From Nemertoderma westbladi (lineage: Eukaryota; Animalia; Xenacoelomorpha), in assembly GCA_032718475.1 (NCBI GenBank), contig JAUCBJ010000896.1, positions 1-64,000 of the forward strand: a DNA stretch of 64,000 nt. The letters run 5' to 3'. A program made the position numbers and the translations under genes. This document shows positions 60,107-64,000 of the stretch, piece by piece. Below the pieces are notes generated by a model. The model did not search any database, was not told the origin of the DNA, and worked only from the letters and a program-made list of their open reading frames with translations. Within the stretch, counting starts at the first letter, position 1; the number at the start of each line of letters is the position of its first letter.

Positions 60107-61663
60107 CTAATCTTCCGTGGTGGGGCGCCCGTAGCCCCCCCCCCACCCGCCACATCTAACTTCAATATCTCTTACTTCGTCTCTACACTCCTCTCTAGTC
60201 GACACACTATCTCTACTACGGCTGGGTCTATTCACCCCCGCCTCTCTCTCTACTACTGCGAGGCCTACCAGGCCAACCTCGGGTTGGCTCAACCCTGCTA
60301 CCTCCTGCCTACCAACTACGTGGCCTACCAGGCCGCCGTCGGGTTGGCGCAACCCCGCCACTTCCTGCCTACTAACTACGTGGCCTACCAGGCCGCCGTC
60401 TGCCGGGCTATACACGTCTGACGCGTTCATATTAATAGCACCATTCCCAATATTATTTGTTAAATCAATTAAATTATTAGAATTTGAAACGGGATTATTA
60501 TTTAAATTATTTAAGTTAGAATTATTATTATTTTCAAAATTTAAATTGCTATTCGAATTATTTGAATTATTTTGATTATTCTGAATATTTGAATTAATAT
60601 TATTATTTGAATTTAAACTTAAATTACTACTACCGGGTAAAATATTTCCTGTAATAAAGGGATTAGGGTTATTTACTACAGTACTATTAATACCAATATT
60701 TCCTAACGCACTACTACTACCCCCCTCACCCGTACGGTTACTGTACGTACTGTACGTGTACCGCACGCTCTGTTCTCTTGCCTCACGCTCTTCGCGTTCA
60801 CTCTCTTGCTCCTTCCTTCCCCTCAGTCGCCACTCTAATTCTTCCATTTTTAATTTATATGCCATGCGCTCACTCTCTCGCACCCGTCTTTCTTTTGCGG
60901 AGGATGTAGCAGACTTATCGGTTGCGACGGACTCCCGCCGCCCCTCCGTCCTACTAACTTTCCCCCACTCTCCGGGGTTCTCGCTGACCAACGAGACCGA
61001 ATCCTCGGAGCTAACCTCGGATTCGCCCTCGTGCGGTCCCGCCCAACCCACTAACTTAACTTCCCTGGCATCGACTAAGTATGGCCCTATGTACACTACA
61101 CCAGGCCCCATACCCCTACGTTCCCATAGCCCAAACAGTTCGAAGGCAACCCCTCTCGCTCTCTCCTCGGCCAGTTCTCCCTGCCCAGAACGCACTAGGT
61201 AATCAAAGTATCTGTTCGACTCACCTAGTCGTCTCCTCAACTTCACCTGGTCTATCTCAGCCCCTCCTCTAGCTTCCTTCAGTTGCTCCCGGGTCGCGGC
61301 GTAGGCTCGTCGGAGCCGTACGACCCCGACGCCCTCGTCGTCGACATCTCCTCTCTCCCTCCGGGTTCGGCGTCGTACCGTCGGCCCCACCGTTGCCGTT
61401 CCGGTGGGCCGTCCGTCGCCCTCGGCCTCTCGCTGGCCGGCGACATCGGCATATCGACCGCCGCCCTGTGTCGACTCGTCTCTCTCCTCTCCAAACTCGT
61501 CCTCTCGCTGTAGACGACCCCCCGCATCTTGGTTCGCCGGGTTACTCGTTATCGACGTAGCATCGACCGGCGTCGTGGGTCCGTATTGTCTCGCCGTGGC
61601 CTCGCGGATCGTTAGATCGTCGTCCGGGGTCCGCGGCGGTGTCGTTCCTCTCTCTCGACTCAT
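60107..61663 (-). CDS. Gag N-terminal low-complexity region (R/E-rich, Asn-rich tract, 20-aa repeats)
   Basis: ATG about 170 nt after the 5' LTR; 518-aa ORF; frameshifted toward the downstream gag ORFs. Confidence 0.65.
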   Translation of the reverse strand: MSRERGTTPPRTPDDDLTIREATARQYGPTTPVDATSITSNPANQDAGGRLQREDEFGEERDESTQGGGRYADVAGQREAEGDGRPTGTATVGPTVRRRTRRERGDVDDEGVGVVRLRRAYAATREQLKEARGGAEIDQVKLRRRLGESNRYFDYLVRSGQGELAEERARGVAFELFGLWERRGMGPGVVYIGPYLVDAREVKLVGWAGPHEGESEVSSEDSVSLVSENPGEWGKVSRTEGRRESVATDKSATSSAKERRVRESERMAYKLKMEELEWRLRGRKEQESEREEREAREQSVRYTYSTYSNRTGEGGSSSALGNIGINSTVVNNPNPFITGNILPGSSNLSLNSNNNINSNIQNNQNNSNNSNSNLNFENNNNSNLNNLNNNPVSNSNNLIDLTNNIGNGAINMNASDVYSPADGGLVGHVVSRQEVAGLRQPDGGLVGHVVGRQEVAGLSQPEVGLVGLAVVEREAGVNRPSRSRDSVSTREECRDEVRDIEVRCGGWGGGYGRPTTED

Positions 61664-61823
61664 CTTCGTCTTTAGTAGCCGTCAGTCACAGTCTGTCAGG
61701 CCAGTTGGTTGGATCTAGTTCTATCACTGTCAGACTGTTAGGGCAGCTGCTAGGATTCTATCTCTGTCAGGGCAGCTGGGCGGATCTAATTCTATCACTG
61801 TCAGGGCAGCTGGGCGGATCTGA

Positions 61824-61832
61824 TTCTATCAC
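61824..61832 (-). promoter_or_regulatory. Non-tRNA primer-binding-site candidate GTGATAGAA, complementary to LTR 62018-62026; reiterated at 61790, 61756 and 61719
   Basis: Abuts the LTR end; no TGG; inverted match inside the LTR with extended pairing. Confidence 0.65.
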
Positions 61833-62796
61833 TGTGACGGGATCTACGGATCCCGGTTTATCCGTTGGGTTTTCTATCTACGCGTCCCTGCCGTGTGTGA
61901 AAGGTAAAAGAGTTCTGATGTTCGGTTATATGTATAAGGTATAATATAGTTGATATATAGGCTTTAGTATAGTATGGCACAGTTACCGGTAGATAAGTAT
62001 GATGGCGGTAGCGGACGGTGATAGAAGTCACCGTTCCACCCTACTGAACTAACTGAGTAAGCTGAGTGAATGATTGCTGTACAGGTAATATATACTGCAC
62101 GGGTTTGGCCGTTACAGTACTTAGTCGATGCTGTCCCCCCATTGGCTAATATCCCTGTTGGCACCCTTTGCCCCCCTCTGAAGTGCTTCCCTTCGCCCTT
62201 GCTGTTCTCTCTTGGTTAGGGGTTTGGCCCCTGACCCTTATTGTGTGTGTCTCCTTTGGGGCCTGTTGTCCCCGTTTACTGGGGTGACACGAGGTTGATT
62301 GGTAATCAACCTCGTGCTCCCAATATTGCTTAATGGCTCACTCTATGGGTTTGTGTTAGCGGAATTGGATAAGCTAACACAAGGCGCAAACGTGATGAGT
62401 GATGAGTTTAGGTGGTTTAAGTTCAGTTCGATGGCCTATCTCTCTCTGAATTTCTGAGTTATTAAATTGTACCCTAAATTTGCAATTTTCAGCCCTATTC
62501 TTCTATTTATTTTAATTTACTTTTAACCCTACTGTCCTACTACTTGCTACTGCCTATGGATTATTCTATCTCCTAATCCACATTCTGGCCTACTCTGTGG
62601 GCCTGTGCAGTACAACAGTATGCATCGCGTGGCCACATGATTTATCCAGCTGTACTCACATGCCCCCCTCTCGCTACTAATTACTGACTGCTAACTAATA
62701 TCTATATCATATATACCCTTCTACCTCTATCTCTATCTTTTACTAACTAGTACTACATACTTTCTTGCTAACTCTTACTCTCTCTAACTAACTAAC

Positions 62797-63390
62797 GGTA
62801 CTACGTACCCTCTAACTCTTACTCTCTCTCTAACTAATGGTACTACGTACCCTCTAACTCTTACTCTCTCTCTAACTAACTAACGGTACTACGTACCCTC
62901 TAACTCTTACTCTCTCTCTAACTAACGGTACTACGTACCCTCTAACTCTTACTCTACTAACTAACGGTACTACGTACCCTCTAACTCTCTAACTAATGGT
63001 ACTACGTACCCTCTAACTCTTACTCTCTCTCTAACTAATGGTACTACGTACCCTCTTACTACTCTCTACTAACAGTACTACGTACCCTCTCACTACTCCA
63101 CTAACTAACGGTACTACGAACCCTCTAACTCTTACTCTCTCTCTAACTAACGGTACTACGTACCCTCTTACTACTCTCTACTAACGGTACTACGTACCCT
63201 CTCACTACTCCACTAACTAATGGTACTACGTACCCTCTCACTACTCCACTAACTAACGGTACTACGTACCCTCTCACTACTCCACTAACTAACGGTACTA
63301 CGTACCCTCTTACTACTCTCTACTAACTGACAGTACTACGTACCCTCTAACTCTTACTCTAACTCTACTAACTGATGGTACTACGTACCT
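62797..63390. repeat. Array of 16 GGTAC-TAC-GTACC hairpin repeats at 32-46 bp spacing
   Basis: Counted directly; spacers are composed almost only of C, T and A. Confidence 0.9.
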
Positions 63391-63594
63391 CCTAACTAAC
63401 TAACTAACTAACTAACTCCCTCTTGCTAACTACCCTCTTACTGACTAACTTCTGCCTACTAACTGCGTACCTGCTATGTACTATTATTTTTATTTTTATT
63501 TTCTATTTTTATATGTGTGGGAAGGGCGTCTCGCCCTCAATCCCACCCCCCTCAGTCCAAAACTTGGACGACTAAACTCCTCTCTAACTCCAAT

Positions 63595-63996
63595 CTAAGG
63601 TGCCCCTTCTAATAGACAGCATTTCCCTACAGCTCTCCTGTAGGTTTTTCTGTCCTTCGCACCTATCTTGCCACCTATCCACACTTCTACAGATCGGACT
63701 CTTCCGTCCTCATCGTAGTAAGTGCCTACAACTCTCGCCAACCGCCACTGGTTGTTGATGATAGTATCATCCGTGACGATTACGAGATCTCCCTCTTTTA
63801 GCTCCCTATTCGACTTCCTCCACTTGCTTATTTTGTGAAGCGTGGGTAGGTATTCCTCAACCCACCTCCTCCAATACTCTGCGCTTATCGCTTTAGCGAC
63901 TTTCCAACTCTGGCGGGAGTATATGTTGTCTGGATCTACACCCCGCATATTGATGGTCGCTGGCCTTTCCATTAGAAAATGGCTTGGCGTCAGCAC
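63595..63996 (-). CDS. BEL/Pao integrase C-terminal region (partial pol)
   Basis: LTPSHFL, YWRRWVEEYLPTL, LKEGDLVIV, WRLARV, DGRVRSVEV. Confidence 0.92.
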   Translation of the reverse strand: MLTPSHFLMERPATINMRGVDPDNIYSRQSWKVAKAISAEYWRRWVEEYLPTLHKISKWRKSNRELKEGDLVIVTDDTIINNQWRLARVVGTYYDEDGRVRSVEVWIGGKIGAKDRKTYRRAVGKCCLLEGAP

Positions 63997-64000
63997 ATCT

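Larger units (their letters stand above)
55620..62379 (-). mobile_element. Non-autonomous BEL/Pao family 2 element (gag/protease only) nested in its relative
   Basis: 547-bp TG..CA LTRs at 55620-56166 and 61833-62379 with about 3 differences; TSD CAAGG at 55615-55619 and 62380-62384; PPT from 56167; no RT or integrase motifs. Confidence 0.92.
52881..64000 (-). mobile_element. BEL/Pao element, family 2 host (3' part; continues beyond the window); 3' LTR 52881-53425
   Basis: TG..CA LTR similar to 55620-56166; PPT GGGGGGGAG from 53426; integrase C-terminus at 63595-63996. Confidence 0.85.

Noticed and set aside
56642-63390. Palindromic repeats with variable spacers resembling CRISPR arrays
   Set aside because: Spacers are low-complexity and mutually related, there are no cas genes, and the context is eukaryotic retroelement DNA.

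Overview
Eukaryotic (metazoan-type, probably invertebrate) repeat-dense DNA with no recognisable host gene; it is a nest of transposable elements. Layout: (1) 1-~2566: 3' end of an LTR element with a decayed triple-CCHC accessory ORF, PPT and LTR, followed by a type III hammerhead ribozyme. (2) 3.8-17.8 kb: a LINE fragment split by about nine ~1.27-kb non-autonomous Helitron-like copies, two arrays of ~341-bp repeats in which a type I hammerhead sits between Pol III A and B boxes, and a 4.2-kb tandem duplication. (3) A GC-rich minisatellite into which a 27.5-kb BEL/Pao element inserted (minus strand, 24536-52010, TSD AGAGA, TA...TA ends, 1.9-kb LTRs). It carries a nested Mag-type Ty3/Gypsy element, itself interrupted by a solo LTR. 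(4) From 52881: a second BEL/Pao family element containing a nested non-autonomous relative. Main candidate novelty: both BEL/Pao 5' LTRs visible here lack a tRNA primer-binding site. In each, the bases immediately after the LTR are complementary to a segment inside the element's own LTR, suggesting Tf1-like self-priming in BEL/Pao. Three different elements also carry a homologous triple zinc-knuckle accessory gene before the PPT, plus family-specific repeated hairpins. Everything was read by eye; no database searches or folding programs were run.
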